In this document: piece by piece, positions 44,721 through 59,095 of the stretch
How positions within the stretch are numbered: position 1 is the stretch's first letter
Layout: the number at the start of each line of letters is the position of its first letter
Assembly (NCBI GenBank): GCA_002269645.1
Contig: NIVC01002315.1
Coordinates: forward strand, 1 to 64,000
Direction: 5' to 3'
Origin: Macrostomum lignano
Taxonomy: Eukaryota
DNA: 64,000 bases
Position numbers and translations under genes: made by a program
Notes under the pieces: model-generated
Databases searched by the model: none
What the model saw: the letters and a program-made list of their open reading frames with translations, nothing else
What the model was told of the DNA's origin: nothing

Positions 44721-46082
44721 TAACGATATTATTAAAGAACTCTAAGATAATTCACAAGTAGAGAATTATGGAATTAGCAGATTTCAGTGAGGTTTTACTG
44801 CCACAGATGCTTACACAATGGCCGCATGCGATCGGTGATGCAGAACCATGCAGCCTTGATTGTCCCGAGTATAATGAGCGATATGAAAGTGGGAAGTAAA
44901 ATCTGCCCTAACACAGATTACCTTTCATTATGCTCGCAGCGCTAAGCCAGTGATGACGCACACCGGATACACTCAAATCTTACTCTGCCAAGTCAATTGC
45001 CGGCCGCTGCAGGGAGAAAAGTGACAGTGGGATGGAACCAGAGGGGCACGGATTCCAGCCCACTCTCAATAAGAGAAGCCAGAGTCTGGTTGCCATGGAG
45101 ACACACAGACAAAAGAGACAGGCAAGTTTCCCAATTCTGTCAGAGACAATTGAATGTAAAATTCTGCCTCTGAAGCTAATATTCTTCTTTTTTAAAGAAA
45201 AGAACTGGCACTGCTCAAGCTATATGAATAACTGTTATAGAGGCAGAGATTCGGTCTGACTATTCAACAAGGAAGAATTTAAGCACCAAAGATAAAAATG
45301 TACAAACAAGAGCGACGCTCGGAGCCCTGCGCAGTGCAAACAATGCTCCACCGCCGCGACTGTAGCTCCATCAACCACTTCAGCCTCCTTGGCTGGCCTG
45401 GCCGCATTCTAAAATTAGTCTCCCTCGCAACGGAGAAGGCTATTAATAGCTTCAGCTCCGCTATCCACCCACGCGTTTCCGTGTTGTTGGCGTCGTGAGC
45501 TGGGGCTGATAAAAAAGTTTCCTTGGCTACTCAAGCGCGCATTCCTCCCGGAGAGGAGAAAATCTGCATGGGGCGCCGTAGCGGCCCAGCGACCTGTCAG
45601 ATCGCATGATATTCAAGCGTCGAACGGCCTGTCGACCAGAGCAACTGGGTGGGGGGCAGCGAGGGGACAAAGAGGGGGACACAGCTAATTTTAGCCCCTT
45701 CCTACTCGGGATTCTGTCAAATCCGGCGGCTCCATCCTCTGGCTTACCTCTACGAGCTGCTCATCGCATTTTCTCATCATATTAATTCCCAGTGGCCAAG
45801 TTTACTCCCATCTCCGCACCACTCTTCCCCCTTCTGTCTGCCTCTTCTCCGCATCAAAAGGGCTTTCTTTTCCCTTACCTCTCACGGAAATCCCCAGACT
45901 GGCCGACATTGCGATGGGGGACGGCGGTTGCCAAGTCGAGTTTCGTCACGGGTGAAGCTTCAGACTGCTCGGCTTGGCAAAGAATCCTCGAAGAAAGAAT
46001 TCGAAAGCAGAGTGATGAGTAAAACAGGCGGGCCAAGACAGACAGGGATGTCCTGTTCTGCTCTGCAGAGCTGAGATTAACG

Positions 46083-46709
<627 letters not shown>

Positions 46710-46908
46710 CTTATCAGAACGCAGGTGCTAAAATAGATAAGATAGCTGTCTTGGCTAATTAATTTAAACGCTAAAATTATATGCAATTTTTCTCGCATCT
46801 GTGCTGAGCACAGATACTGTGGTGCTGAGTGAGAAGTCATTGCTGGTGCTGGCGAGTCTGCACAGCCGGTTCTGCTTTGGGAGCTGTGAGTTGGTTTCAG
46901 CCGCGTAG

Positions 46909-47046
46909 GCGGGGAAGCGGGAGACCCACCTGGTTCACCTGGAGCAGCAGCGAGCCTCTGATGCACGGCGGGCCGAGGATCTGGGAAATAAGCTGTGGGA
47001 TTTGCGTGACCTGAGCTTCCCTACCCGGGCCTGTCCAAAAGCCTTG
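46909..47046 (+). CDS. Candidate internal exon of an unidentified gene (AGKRETHLVHLEQQRASDARRAEDLGNKLWDLRDLSFPTRACPKAL)
   Basis: 138-nt open frame bounded by cgtag| and |GTGAGC, GC-rich like the confirmed exons; no homology recognised. Confidence 0.3.
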
Positions 47047-48423
47047 GTGAGCATACATGTGCATATTTGCACAAAACAAATTTTGGTCAGAAAAAAATCA
47101 CAGTTTTAGATGTCGAACGCCCACCTGGTGCCTGCAGCCTCTGCAATAACTGACTGTCTCTCTTTTTCGTTTTATGCCTTTAATGTGCTCGCCAATATCG
47201 TCGCATGCGTCCGGCATTCATTGCAGTGTGTGGGCGTCACCCATGCAGTGGGCGGGAGGTCCGTTCTCAGCTGGGCATTTTACATGTAGGTGCAGTTGCT
47301 TTTGACTGATAAAAGTCATGGACAAGTACATATAGCTCGTAAATTAGAAGATACAGAAAGTGCTGTCTACTAGTTTTTGCTGCATTGGCGACATTGGAAA
47401 TTCTCAGTTTTATGGCACTGAATTCCCAATGTCTCACTTGATAAACATAGAATTCCAGATGAAGTATAAGAATGGGTTTCACTCATAATTTCAAGAAAAT
47501 TTTGAAAAAAGTAATTATTGAGAGCTGCATGATTTTGCAACTGTTTGCCTATCGCCCACAATGGGATTTGGGTATGAGGAAATTCGGTTGAGGAAAAAGT
47601 TATATGGTGCAAAAAATACTACGTGTTTTTTTCAGACTGATTATTAGAATTCGATTTCACTAGAAATTGAGTGCGCAATTCGGATCAATCAGGTTTGCAT
47701 TTTATTTCACCCCAAGATAAAACGAGCCTTTAGATAGAACCGATTGCCCCAGAGAAATCTATTTTGAGTTTAAATCAGGCTGAAAACAGATTAGTTTATC
47801 AGTGTCGCTCTGACACTGATAAACTATTTTTAGACCTTCATATACAGCATTTTCAATCAGCACTGATTTAGTCGACTCTCTTCACTCTATTTATCTATCT
47901 GTATATTTAATCTGGCATTTCTTGCATCTCATTGCATTTCTGGCATTAGATAGATCTGTCATTCTAGCTGATTTGAGCTAGTAACCGGCCGTATTACCCT
48001 ATTCAGGGAACTGACTGATATATAGTGATTGACACGGTCGGGCAGCTTAGCAATTGACGGATGTGGACTCTAACTACATTATAGTTTTGATCTTGTTAAT
48101 ATGCCATTTATATATATGAATTTTGCGCCTTATGCTGCATCAATTATAGTTACGGGAATAATATAAAAGCAGTGGCTGCGTCACTTGGCGCTTATTATAG
48201 ATGCAGAAAACTCATATACGAGTATATTTACTTTGCAGGGATCCACTTCACTTGATCTATACATGATCTGCCGTCAACGTAGTGCGTCAGTCCATCTATA
48301 AATGACTATATGACTATATTATTTTGTAATATCAGTTTCGTGCACTAATTGTCTAGTTCCGAGCTAGGAGCACTTGTCACAAAATCAGTGCATGGTTATA
48401 AAATGTAAATTATAGTTTAAGAA

Positions 48424-48753
48424 CTACTCAGAGTAATATGAGTAGACAAGTACGCGGCTTAGCCTAGACCGACTATTGTTTGTTACTGCTTGCACCTGTG
48501 TAAATATTACCGCGACGGTGTACCTGTTACCGTCTGTCAGCATATAGCCAGCAAAGCCAGCAGTCACTTCAGTATACGATGGTTTTAATGTAAATAGTGC
48601 ACAGCATGAGGAGCCTTGTGCAATCCACGAAGGATCTGATGGTCGGGCCAAGATATCCAAACCCATGCAGTACATGGAGCGCGAGGAAGCAGGGTTCATC
48701 AACCAAAGGCCAAGCAAAAGTAAAGTAGGCAGCAGTGACGAGGACACGACCAT
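48424..48753 (-). CDS. Candidate first exon of a secreted protein
   Basis: ATG followed by hydrophobic LLPTLLLLGLWLM and small residues (ASS), then a Cys-containing segment; possible donors inside the ORF; no family recognised. Confidence 0.3.
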   Translation of the reverse strand: MVVSSSLLPTLLLLGLWLMNPASSRSMYCMGLDILARPSDPSWIAQGSSCCALFTLKPSYTEVTAGFAGYMLTDGNRYTVAVIFTQVQAVTNNSRSRLSRVLVYSYYSE

Positions 48754-50207
48754 CGACGATTTAATTATCTGCTGAGGCTAACAGATCTCACTCGCTATAT
48801 GTACGCACACAGCTTCAGGTATTTCGGATTGGAGGATAAATCATAGATCGGCGGAGGCACGCTAGACTATACGATCTGCATCATATAGCTCTTCCACACG
48901 CGCTCGCAAAACAGGCGGGAGGCTAGTAGGCAGTTGGCTACGGTCTGGGGGCTGAGACCCTGCCTGCCAGTCAGCAACAAAACAGTCCAAACATTTTTGA
49001 TTAGTCCAGCTAATCTTTACATTCGGAATTTGATATTGACTGAATAATACTTATATAATAATTTTGTTGTTGTTGTGAAACGAGGGTGGAAAGTGTATGC
49101 TTACCACGGATTGCAGCCCGGGGAGCGGCTGCCGCTGGACATAGAAGGGGCCACACTACCGGGGCATAAAGCCCAAGAGGCCTAGATTGGGGTTAGGACT
49201 CAGGGCCCAGCGAAATAGCCTTATTGGATGCTACTAGCCCAAGCCTATGGGTACACCGCCAACCCAACAGTGAAATCAGGAGGACGGCTGCCAAGACTGA
49301 TATCCTGATCCTTGGCCACCAGCCAACGACAAAACCCGAGTGCGCGCGCAGAAAGATTGGGATTAAAAATCTTGGAAATATACTCAATACCGCGGAAATA
49401 TACGTGAAAAAATACTCATTGTCACGTTATTGGCGTAGAGGCTATGACCCTTAGAAGGGCCGTTTTACGAGAGTTGTCGTAAGTCGTAGTCCCAAAATGA
49501 ATTGAAGTCAATTCTTGCAAAGCGGATTGTGTAGCGGAGCACTTGGCGTATAAGGGCAGGAAACTGCCGTAGTTAATTTATTGTTGAGATCAGTATTCAA
49601 ACTGGTTAATGTCAATACAGAACTTATTGCGCTTTGGGACACTGGCGGCTGCAACAATGGTTTTGAAGTGATTAGAATATGAAGTCGAGTGGCAGGCGAA
49701 GGATACAATGGCGACGCAACGTAGTGAGTGATGTCGATGAGCACAGTGAAGGCAGTGAGCAGTAAGTAGACAGGCAGCTAAGTAGCGGTGAGAGTGGCTT
49801 TAGCCGTGGCAGTACACAGTGGAGTACAGAGTGTGAACAGGCTGGCCCAGACAGAGGAGCGGTGGCGAGAGATCCCGGGTAGCAAAGTGACGTTGCGCGA
49901 CGTCAAAATGACGTTGAAAATAGGTCAAAGTGTAACGTCAAAATGACGTCAATTCTGTCAATGTTTTTTACGTAATTTTGACCTAGATCTGTGACGTTGT
50001 TTTGACGTCAAAATGTACCGAAATTTTACCGTCTTTATTTAATATATTTAATGGCTTTTGAATGCACGAAATGACTGGTATGATGTCTTTTAAGAAAACA
50101 AATGTTGCTGGCTTTATGATTGATGGTTATCTTTGCATTCTGAAGTCAACTTTCTTTGAATGTGTGTAGGCAGTACATGTACCCATCTTATTTCTAGAAG
50201 CTAATAG

Positions 50208-50378
50208 CAGTGGCGTAGCTAGGAATTTCCTTCCGGGGGTCACAGTCACAGCGGCAACCAGGGGCGGGGTGCTAGGCCTCTGCGACGGGGGAGGGGGGCT
50301 GCTGCCTGTATTTGACCTGGATCAGCCGGCTGGGGGGGGGGGTCATGACCCCAATGACCCCCCTTGGCTACGCCCCTG
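50208..50378. mobile_element. 171-bp hAT-like MITE
   Basis: CAGTGGCGTAGC...GCTACGCCCCTG; TSD GCTAATAG at 50200-50207 and 50379-50386. Confidence 0.85.
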
Positions 50379-53300
50379 GCTAATAGTTACATTTTTACCA
50401 GAAAATATTAAACAAGAATACATGCGGACAAAGCCTTATATTCTTCTCTTGTATACATACATATTGTAGACATTGGATTTAGAAGTTATTGTTACTTTTC
50501 TTCGTAAATTGTTATTTTAACACAAATTAAGTTGATGCTTGCATATGAAAATTTATGAAAAGGATGGTAATAAATTAAATTTTAAAGTTGAAAAATTTAC
50601 AATAGCGCCAAAAACGACAGTACTGATATAACAGAATAGAATGTTGAAAACAATGTCATTGAAACAAATATAAGGATGAAAGCAGCAAACAACAGAACTG
50701 TAGAATAAATAAATAGAGAGTAGTTGCATATTGCTGCATATTGCCCAGTCTTTCACTCAGAAGATCTACATCAAATTCTTGATAGTCCTCAGTCTCTGAA
50801 TTGGAGGAGACTGAATCAAATGGTGAATTGTTATCCTCTTCCTCAACTCCTTCCTCAAATTGACTAGCTGAGACATCCCTTCATGACAACCTGTTCCAAT
50901 AAGCAGGGATAATGTCATCATAGGAATGAATTTTCTCCTCCTCATCTAGGAGTTGGAATTAGTATCATTGATGGCATATAGTAGCAATCTCTCCTGTCCT
51001 CTTCACCCAGGTGGTTATCTGAAATAGGCAGAAAAAAGTATATTCGGTTATAAAAAGATTTTGACTTATGCATTTGTACAGTTATATTTTATACATGCAT
51101 CCATAAATTGCAATATACAAAACTATATTATACAAAAGTCTTTAGCCTTACTCTTAGTCTTAGAATTTCTATACATAGGGGCCTAATCCTATAAATCTTT
51201 TTACTTTTGTTCAGACTTTCTATTTAGCTAAAAAATCTGCTTAACCACAACTTAAACAATAGTGCCCTAGCAATGCTACAATAATGTCTAAAATATGTCT
51301 AAATATGATTAACAAGCTATAGGCTACTTGATGGGGCAAAACATTAATAAATATATGTTTTAATATAGAATATAGCTAAGCATAAGTTTGTTAAGGAAAT
51401 TGTAGCTCTAAGAGTGTTAAAATGAGAAATTAGGGCCTACTAAAGATTTTAATGAGCTAGGGCCTAACTAGGAAACTAAAGTATATTTTAAATGCTATAG
51501 GCCTAACATGAACTTAGCATGTATAATAGATATAATGTCATTAAATGGCTGATTAGTAAAACTAAGAAACAAAAATATTAATTTCAAATCAAGTAGGCCT
51601 ATGCCAAGCTTTTTTGTATGATAGAAATGCTAGAACAACTGCACCTTCCAAATAAAAATTTGAAATTGGATATTGGATATGATATCTAAGGTTGAATGAT
51701 TATAAATATGATTAGGCTGAGAGTATGACTGATTTGAAAATCAAGCAGTTCTTTGCAAACTGTATGTATGTAGGAATTTGATTTCCAGACAATTATTATT
51801 TTGATAGGAATTATGTTTAACTCTAGTAGTTGTAATGAATGCAATACTTGTGGTAGGCCAGGCTATTATTACTGTATTTTTTCAATACAAACAGCAGTAC
51901 TGATAGGAAATGGGGGAGAGAGAAAGTAGTAGAATTAAAATGAGCAACTATCTTATTAGCCAGCCAATTTAGCAAAGTTTGTATTAGTAGCTAAATCAGC
52001 CATGATTTGGATTGGTATTACTTTAGGTCATTCTATACCAAAAACATCTATTGGTATGTTTTATGGCAGCTGAAAATATTTCGAATAATATTCAACCAGG
52101 AGAAAGATGACGTTTGATATCATCGTGAAGGTGAAGTTTCATATAGCTGGTAACACTAGACTAACTAAATAAAAAAGAAACGCCACTTTTGATCTATACA
52201 TAAAGCTCAATTTATCATGCAGCAAAATATTCAAATATACGATTTTAATAACACGTATTAACAAAATAAAACTGTAAAAAAACGAGCCTTACTTTTTACC
52301 TTACTTTTTTCAGTTTTATAAAAATCATTCAATCTACGTTATTATATAGTAATGCAGCATAGAAACGTCAAATTTTGGGTTCCATAATGAGGCTCTTCAT
52401 ATTGCTTGTTCTGGTTCTAGAACCAGAACCAATTTGTGAAGTATAACTTTTTATCTCCATAACTAGAGGGAGATACGTGCTATAAAGTTTTTATTATTGA
52501 ATGACAATCGCCAAGAAGAAAGTGAAAATTGTGTTAAGTGAGGTTGTTAAGGCAGTCCAAACATTCAACAGAATTAAATAGTTATACTGCTGTTTTTCTT
52601 GGAAGATCCGAGCCGATTCTGATTCTGGAATTGGTAATATGAAAAGCCTCAATGACTAAAGTTTGACGTTGATTTTTCAACCTACTTTCAACGAATATTT
52701 TACGTTACTTCTTTGCACAAATACACAAGATAGGATATGCTACAAATGAAAAAAGAGTTAGAGAAGAACTCACTGGTGTAGCTAAAATAAAGTCATGAAT
52801 AGCTAAAACAGTTAAACAAACTGAATTAGATACTCGTACATTAGCAGTGTAACAAATCCGCTTTTCAGTTATTTATTCATTTACTGTCTTTTTTAATTTC
52901 CTATTTAAATCGTCGTTATTCGTTAAACGTAAAGTTCGTTCGAAGTTTGAAGTATGTTTATGTTCGTTTTTCACGCTTTGATATATCACGCGCTTTCAAA
53001 AATACTACATCTTTTTACAAAAATCGCCTATTACTGTAGAGCTATCCTTAATTATACTCGATATTTGTTATTTTTGTTAATATCTAACTGCCTTTTCTGA
53101 ATCGCATTCTAGAAGAATCGTTTTGCTTTAAGGTCATATATATACGTGTACGACATTGATTTTTTATTTTTCCCTGCTTAGAATCTTGTTATTCTGGATT
53201 ATATTTAATTAACTCAAGCCAATATATTTTAAAGCTGAAATTTAAAGCAAGCTTAGCTCCAACACCTAATGGTAGATTGTAGTGTCCAAAATGTATTCTA

Positions 53301-53482
53301 TTATATGCAACATGGCAAGTTCTTTGATGAGTAACTTTTTAAACTTAACCATGCCTAGCAAACATGTTCTTGGTGGAATTGTAATGTTAGTCTATATGTG
53401 TATATATGTTGTAGAATGATAAAATTAAAAGTAGATAAAATTGGTAAACATGTAAATGTATATGTTATACCTATATATAGTG

Positions 53483-54143
53483 CCATAGTCAGGAAGGTGG
53501 CAGTTTGGTCGGAAAATTCCGGCGCACACAAGCCCTTTTTGGGCACACAACGGCGCACAGCGGCGCACAGCGGCGCGCCACAACAGCGCACAGCGGCGCA
53601 CTGGCGCACAGCGGCGCACAACGGCACACACCAGAGGACACCGGCGCATGGCGGCGCGGCGCGGCGGGCGCCGCGCCACATGCAGCGTTACCCTTGTGGC
53701 GATCCCATGTAACGATGTAAGTCGTTACTTGTTACAGTACACTATTCACTGTTCTATATAATGTAACACTGCATTCTACCAAAAAATAAAAAATAAAATA
53801 AAATATTTTCCTTTTCTTTTTACCTTTGTTTTTGCCATTTGCTTACTTTTTATGTTTGTTTTGTTTTAAAAATTAGAAATTAAATTAAAAATTTTTTAAA
53901 TTTCTTTTTTCGGTTTAACGATCTCAATTTCTCATAGATAGCCCGTAACCGTCCCGTAATTGAAAATATTGGCGCACAAAAATTGTTGCTATGTTGTAAA
54001 AAAAGGTCTTTTATTGTCGCAAGGCAGGTAGTGGCGGGCGCACAACGGCGCACACGAGGGTTTTTGTGTCGGCGCACGGCGCACAATTTTGGAAGAGGCC
54101 AAAATTTGTTCCGGCGCACACTCTGCCACCTTCCTGACTATGG
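53483..54143. mobile_element. 661-bp non-autonomous TIR element with an 8-bp TSD and internal CGGCGCAC repeats
   Basis: 21-bp perfect TIR CCATAGTCAGGAAGGTGGCAG/CTGCCACCTTCCTGACTATGG; TSD ATATAGTG at 53475-53482 and 54144-54151. Confidence 0.88.
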
Positions 54144-54544
54144 ATATAGTGTACTATAGTATATAAAAAAGTGAAAAAGCAGCATAGAAAAATGAAAATA
54201 GATGCTTAGGAGACCAAATATTATTGTAATATACTTTCACATATTAACTGAAACTATATTATATGCCAATGTTAAGTGTTTTTAAATCTATGTATGCATG
54301 AAATGTGTACATATAAATGAAAAATAAAAAAATAACTATATATTAAAGCAAAAAAATCAGAAAATGCTCTATGAATTTAAATTTATTTTATTGTCTTCAG
54401 GTGTGACTATGATGGCTTGTCATTTTTTTATTTTGGTTTCCAAGAAAAATAAAAATTGATTTTGAGAATAAAGACCTGAATAAAATAAACAATATTAATA
54501 ATTTTACTTCAGTCATTTCCAAAGAAAAACATGCAAATAGTACT

Positions 54545-54790
54545 TCTATAGCACAGAGAATAGTTGACAGAATAGTTAATATAAAAGTTGACAGAAAAGT
54601 TGATAGAATAGTTGACAGAAAAGTTAATAGAAAAGTTGACAGAAAAGTTGATAGAATAGTTGACAGAAAAGTTAATAGAAAAGTTGACATAAAAGTTAAT
54701 GAAATAGTTGATGCAAAAGTTGACAAAGAAGTTAATGGAAAAGTTGATAGAAAAGTTAACAGAAAAGTTGATGCAAAAGTTAATGGAAAT
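54545..54790. repeat. Degenerate 12-bp repeat (AAAGTTGACAGA / ATAGTTAATAGA)
   Basis: Visible periodicity. Confidence 0.8.
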
Positions 54791-55639
54791 GTTTATGGCC
54801 AAAGTTATCCTTCTACTTTCTAAATCTGTAAATCTGTAAATTTGTAAATCATTTTAGAGGGCAGAGTGAAGTAGAAAAAATTATAGTATAATGTAGATAC
54901 ATATCTTATATCTAAAGCTGAGTGGATCGATCGACCGGCCGGGTTTAACGCGTATCTCCTCCTAAACGGCTGGCAACTCAAATGCGGGACTTATATATAT
55001 CAATGCAGAATTTTCCTACGCAACAAATAGGCTATTTTAATGTTGAAATAGCCTTTCCAAAATAAAGTCAGTTAAAAAAGCAGAAAACTGTTTTCTTAAC
55101 CTTCTTTGGCCACATTGCCTCTCCAGTGGAGGGGTAGTGGCATAATTGTAAAAACAACCACCCCAACCTCCTCCCGCGGGTTGCTGTGTTTTGGAGGGGT
55201 GGGTGACGCGTGTTCTGGGTTCAATGCTAATAAAACCCCTGCGTGTTGGGGGTGCAGTAAAATTTAATGATTCCCCCGGAATAGGGGGGTTGGTTTGGGC
55301 TGAGTGTACATAGCAATGTACTGTGTAAACAGATAGATAAGGACTGTGTCGAGATTCAATTGGTTTTATTATCGGCGTCTTTCAAAAGGCAATCCTGTGT
55401 ATTAGCTGGGCAGTGAAATTCAATGAATAAACTTGCGAGCCTCTTACTGTAGCAGGCAGTGAATGTACACTCGATACTTCAATGCTTTAAATCAGGAAGT
55501 TCAAAGGCTAACTGTTTCTTGAGTTTTAAGCTTTGAGAGGAGAGAATTATATTGCTGGAAAGATCTTGCAACGCTGAGTTTGGGGATATAAGTTATTTGC
55601 TTTAAATATGAAAACAAAAAGCACAGCATTGAAAAAACG

Positions 55640-56570
55640 ATTTCCGAGTAGATAGATAAGCGAGTAGAGATAAGAGATGAGAGAGAAGAGGAGAGATAAG
55701 AGAGAATTGAGAGAAGACAGGAGAGAAGAGATAAGAGAGAGAAGCGAGAAGAGAAAGGAGAGATAAGAAACATGCTATGATATTTCAGAGGTTTTATGGA
55801 GGATTTGGAAGATTTGGAAGATTTTTTGACGTATACCCAGACAAGTAAAAAGCATATTTTTATAAACTTCAGTTTCATAGTCTTGATTGACTGAAATTTG
55901 ATAGAGATAATATTTTTTTAAATTGATGGATTGTAGCTTGGAGATGATATACGATGGATTGCAGTTTAACAAAGAGGATTTTGTATCTGTTTCATGGAGA
56001 GGATGAAATGGCTAAATGAAATGGAATAGAGAAAAGAGAAAAGGAAAGAGAAGATAAAAGATTAGATGAAAGAGAAAATGAACAGAGAGAATTAAAAGGG
56101 ACAGATTAGAGAAAAGAAAAAGAGAATAAAGGCGAGAGAAGAGATGAGGGAATTGAGAGGAGAGGGGGGTAAGAGAGGAGAAAGAGGAGACAGGAGGGAG
56201 TAGAGCCGAAAGACGAGAGAGAAGAGATAAATGAGTAGAGATTAGGGGAGAGAGAGGAGAGAGAAGCGAGATTATAAGGGAGAGAGGAGAGGGGAGAAAG
56301 TAGAGAGATGAGTGAGCAGACAGGAGATAAAGGAGAGGAGAGAAAAGAGAGAAGAGATAAAAGAGGAGAGAGGAAAAAGTAGAGGAGAAAGTAGTGAGGA
56401 GAAAGAAGAGAGTAAATATGAGAGCGCAGAGAGGAGAGATAAGAGAGTAGAGATGAGAGATGAGAGAGGAGATGAGAAATGATAGATAAGCGAGGAGATG
56501 AGAGCAGAGAGGAGATAGGAGAGATTAGAGATGAGAGAGCAAAGAGGAGAGAGGAGACAGGCGAGAGTCA
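55640..56570. repeat. Polypurine GA-rich low-complexity tracts
   Basis: Almost exclusively G/A at 55650-55770 and 56000-56560. Confidence 0.85.
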
Positions 56571-57856
56571 GTCTGGATGATGGCAGGCAGTCAGTTTTTG
56601 CAAACAGGTAAAACAACATGATTTTTGGGAGCTTAATAGAGGATTAGGAGAGGATTTGGACGATGGGATTCGTGTCATTGGATTCAGCTGATGGATTTCA
56701 GAAAATGAAATTCTGGCGATGGGAGTTCTTCCCCTTACTCCGCCAATGGAGGAGTTGGCCTCGTAATATACTAAATATAATACTAAGAAGGGGATCAAAG
56801 TGAAACAAAGTAGATCTCTTTATAGCCTTTACATCTCTTTTAAGTCAGTAGGTATTAAGCAGGCAACTAGCCATGGTTTTAGTGGTATACTATGATAATT
56901 AAGTTGCATGATTGCTTGAGTTATGAGTCTATTATATCTGTCCCACATTAACTGACCACTGACAAAATCTACCTACCTAAATGATAGGAGTAATAGTCAG
57001 ACTTTTTGCTAGAGACAAATCTTTATAGTCATATCTTTTTGCACCAATTTGAATTGCAAATTTCTAAGAAAATAATTAAATTTTCAAAAGAAAAGATTGC
57101 CTGTAAGGCCTATATATTCTCTATCATCTAATTTATCATACTTTGATTTTTCTCAGTATTTAAAATACTTTTATATAATTAAAAAAGCAGAATGTTATTA
57201 TCAAAGTTAGAAAAAATTATAAACAACATTTAATTTATTGATACTTGATATAGATAATATATCATCATTAAAATATTTTGTTTATAGCTTAGTGTTTTAA
57301 TCTGAATAAATAATAAAAATAAATAAACTTTGTACTCATATTTAGCTTAAAGCTATAATAATGATTGTACTGCTCTTAGTCTTAGGCCATAGTAAATTAA
57401 TTCTAGCTTATTTGATTATTGTTTCAAATATATACCTGTTTCATGACAAGTCTTAGACAATATATAATACAATATTGTGAGTTTATTATCGCGTGCTATA
57501 TATTTTTAGGCAAAATGTGCATGTTATATTGCTTTATTTTATAAATTAATGGCTATATATAATATAGCTTGTGACAGCCTAACTGAGAATAAAGCCATCC
57601 ACACAGAATTTATTGATTTTTATGTTGTTCACTTTATTTATTTGCAATTTAGACTAAGGCAGAAAAACACAGCCAAGGCCCTTTGCAGGCAGCATATGGA
57701 GAATTCTCAGTTAGGCTGACAGAAGGTCTAGTTAGCTGTGTAACCTGTATAAGCCAGAGCCAGATTGCCTTTGCAGCCATTGCCTCATCATGGATGCTAA
57801 AATGTTGCATAGGAAAAAACGCAAAATAATTAAATGAACTGCTGCATTGCATTGAG

Positions 57857-58192
57857 GTGCAAAGCATGGCACTGCCCCATGTGCCTCAGCCAATTAGAGG
57901 TGGTGCTCTTGGTTCCTTAGCAATGTCTAGTGCAGTGGCAGCCTGCAGTCCATTGCTGGCTGGCCGCCTTGATGCTGGCAGTGAGGACAGAAGTTTCACC
58001 AAATTGTCAGCCCAGACTCCGCTTGGTGAAACTTGTAGGTCACCGCTTCCAGAGCTGAAGTCACAGCAACAGCAGCAGCGGCCACCATCAGCCTCGCTAC
58101 AGCGGCCTCGAACTCTTGACCTGCCTGGCTTGTCCGCTACTGTCAATCAACTGCCAGATGGTCCCGCACCATTGGCCGACACTGATGGCTGA
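57857..58192 (+). CDS. Candidate low-complexity exon containing RPRTLDL
   Basis: GC-rich open frame after an AT-rich block, with a poly-Q run typical of the coding exons here; boundaries not resolved. Confidence 0.3.
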   Translation: MQSMALPHVPQPIRGGALGSLAMSSAVAACSPLLAGRLDAGSEDRSFTKLSAQTPLGETCRSPLPELKSQQQQQRPPSASLQRPRTLDLPGLSATVNQLPDGPAPLADTDG

Positions 58193-58631
58193 TTTTGATT
58201 AGCAAATCAGCGAATTCATATCAATCTTTTTATTGGTTTATGCCTTTATCTATCGAGAATGCATATTGAGATATGATTTTATTTGCTTGCTTTATAAATC
58301 ATGATCTTAATGATTATTTTTTGCTGGCTTTTTCTCCAAGCGCCACATTTTTAATATTTGCATTCATTTTGTACTGACTTCGTCTGCCCATCGCTTCTTT
58401 GACTTGCTGGCTTGTGCAATGCTTGCTTTCTTCTTCAAGATTTCTTTTTTATTCGATCAACTGTGGAACAAGTTGTGAAAGGGTCCAGAAGCGTCTATAT
58501 ATTGTCAATCAATAAAGTATCGCCTATTCCGAACGAGTCTCATTATTTTTACTTACTTAACTACTATGAGTAGTGTTTATAGGACTAAGATGTAAATAGT
58601 TGCATTGAAAAGTATTTATTAGATTATTAGA

Positions 58632-59095
58632 TAGATGCCAATTGGCTCAATGGTGAGTTGCTGAGATGCCAATTGGCTCAATGGGGAGTGGCTGAGATGC
58701 CAATTGGCTCAATGGTGAGTTGCTGAGATGCCAATTGGCTCAATGGGGAGTGGCTGAGATGCCAATTGGCTCAATGGGGAGTGGCTGAGATGCCAATTGG
58801 CTCAATGGGGAGTTGCTGAGATGCCAATTGGCTCAATGGGGAGTTGCTGAGATGCCAATTGGCTCAATGGGGGAGTTTCTGAGATGCCAATTGGCTCAAT
58901 GGGGAGTGGCTGAGATGCCATGGCTCAATGGGGAGTTGCTGAGATGCCAATTGGCTCAATGGGAGTTGCTGAAATGCCAATTGGCTCAATGGGAGTTGCT
59001 GAAATGCCAATTGTCTCAATCGGGGGTTGCTGAGATTCCATGGCCAAATGGGGAGTTGCTGAGGTGACAAGGCTCAATGGGGAGTTGCTAAGGTG
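58632..59095. repeat. Second locus of the 29/31-bp minisatellite seen at 1925-3200
   Basis: Same unit and orientation. Confidence 0.95.
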
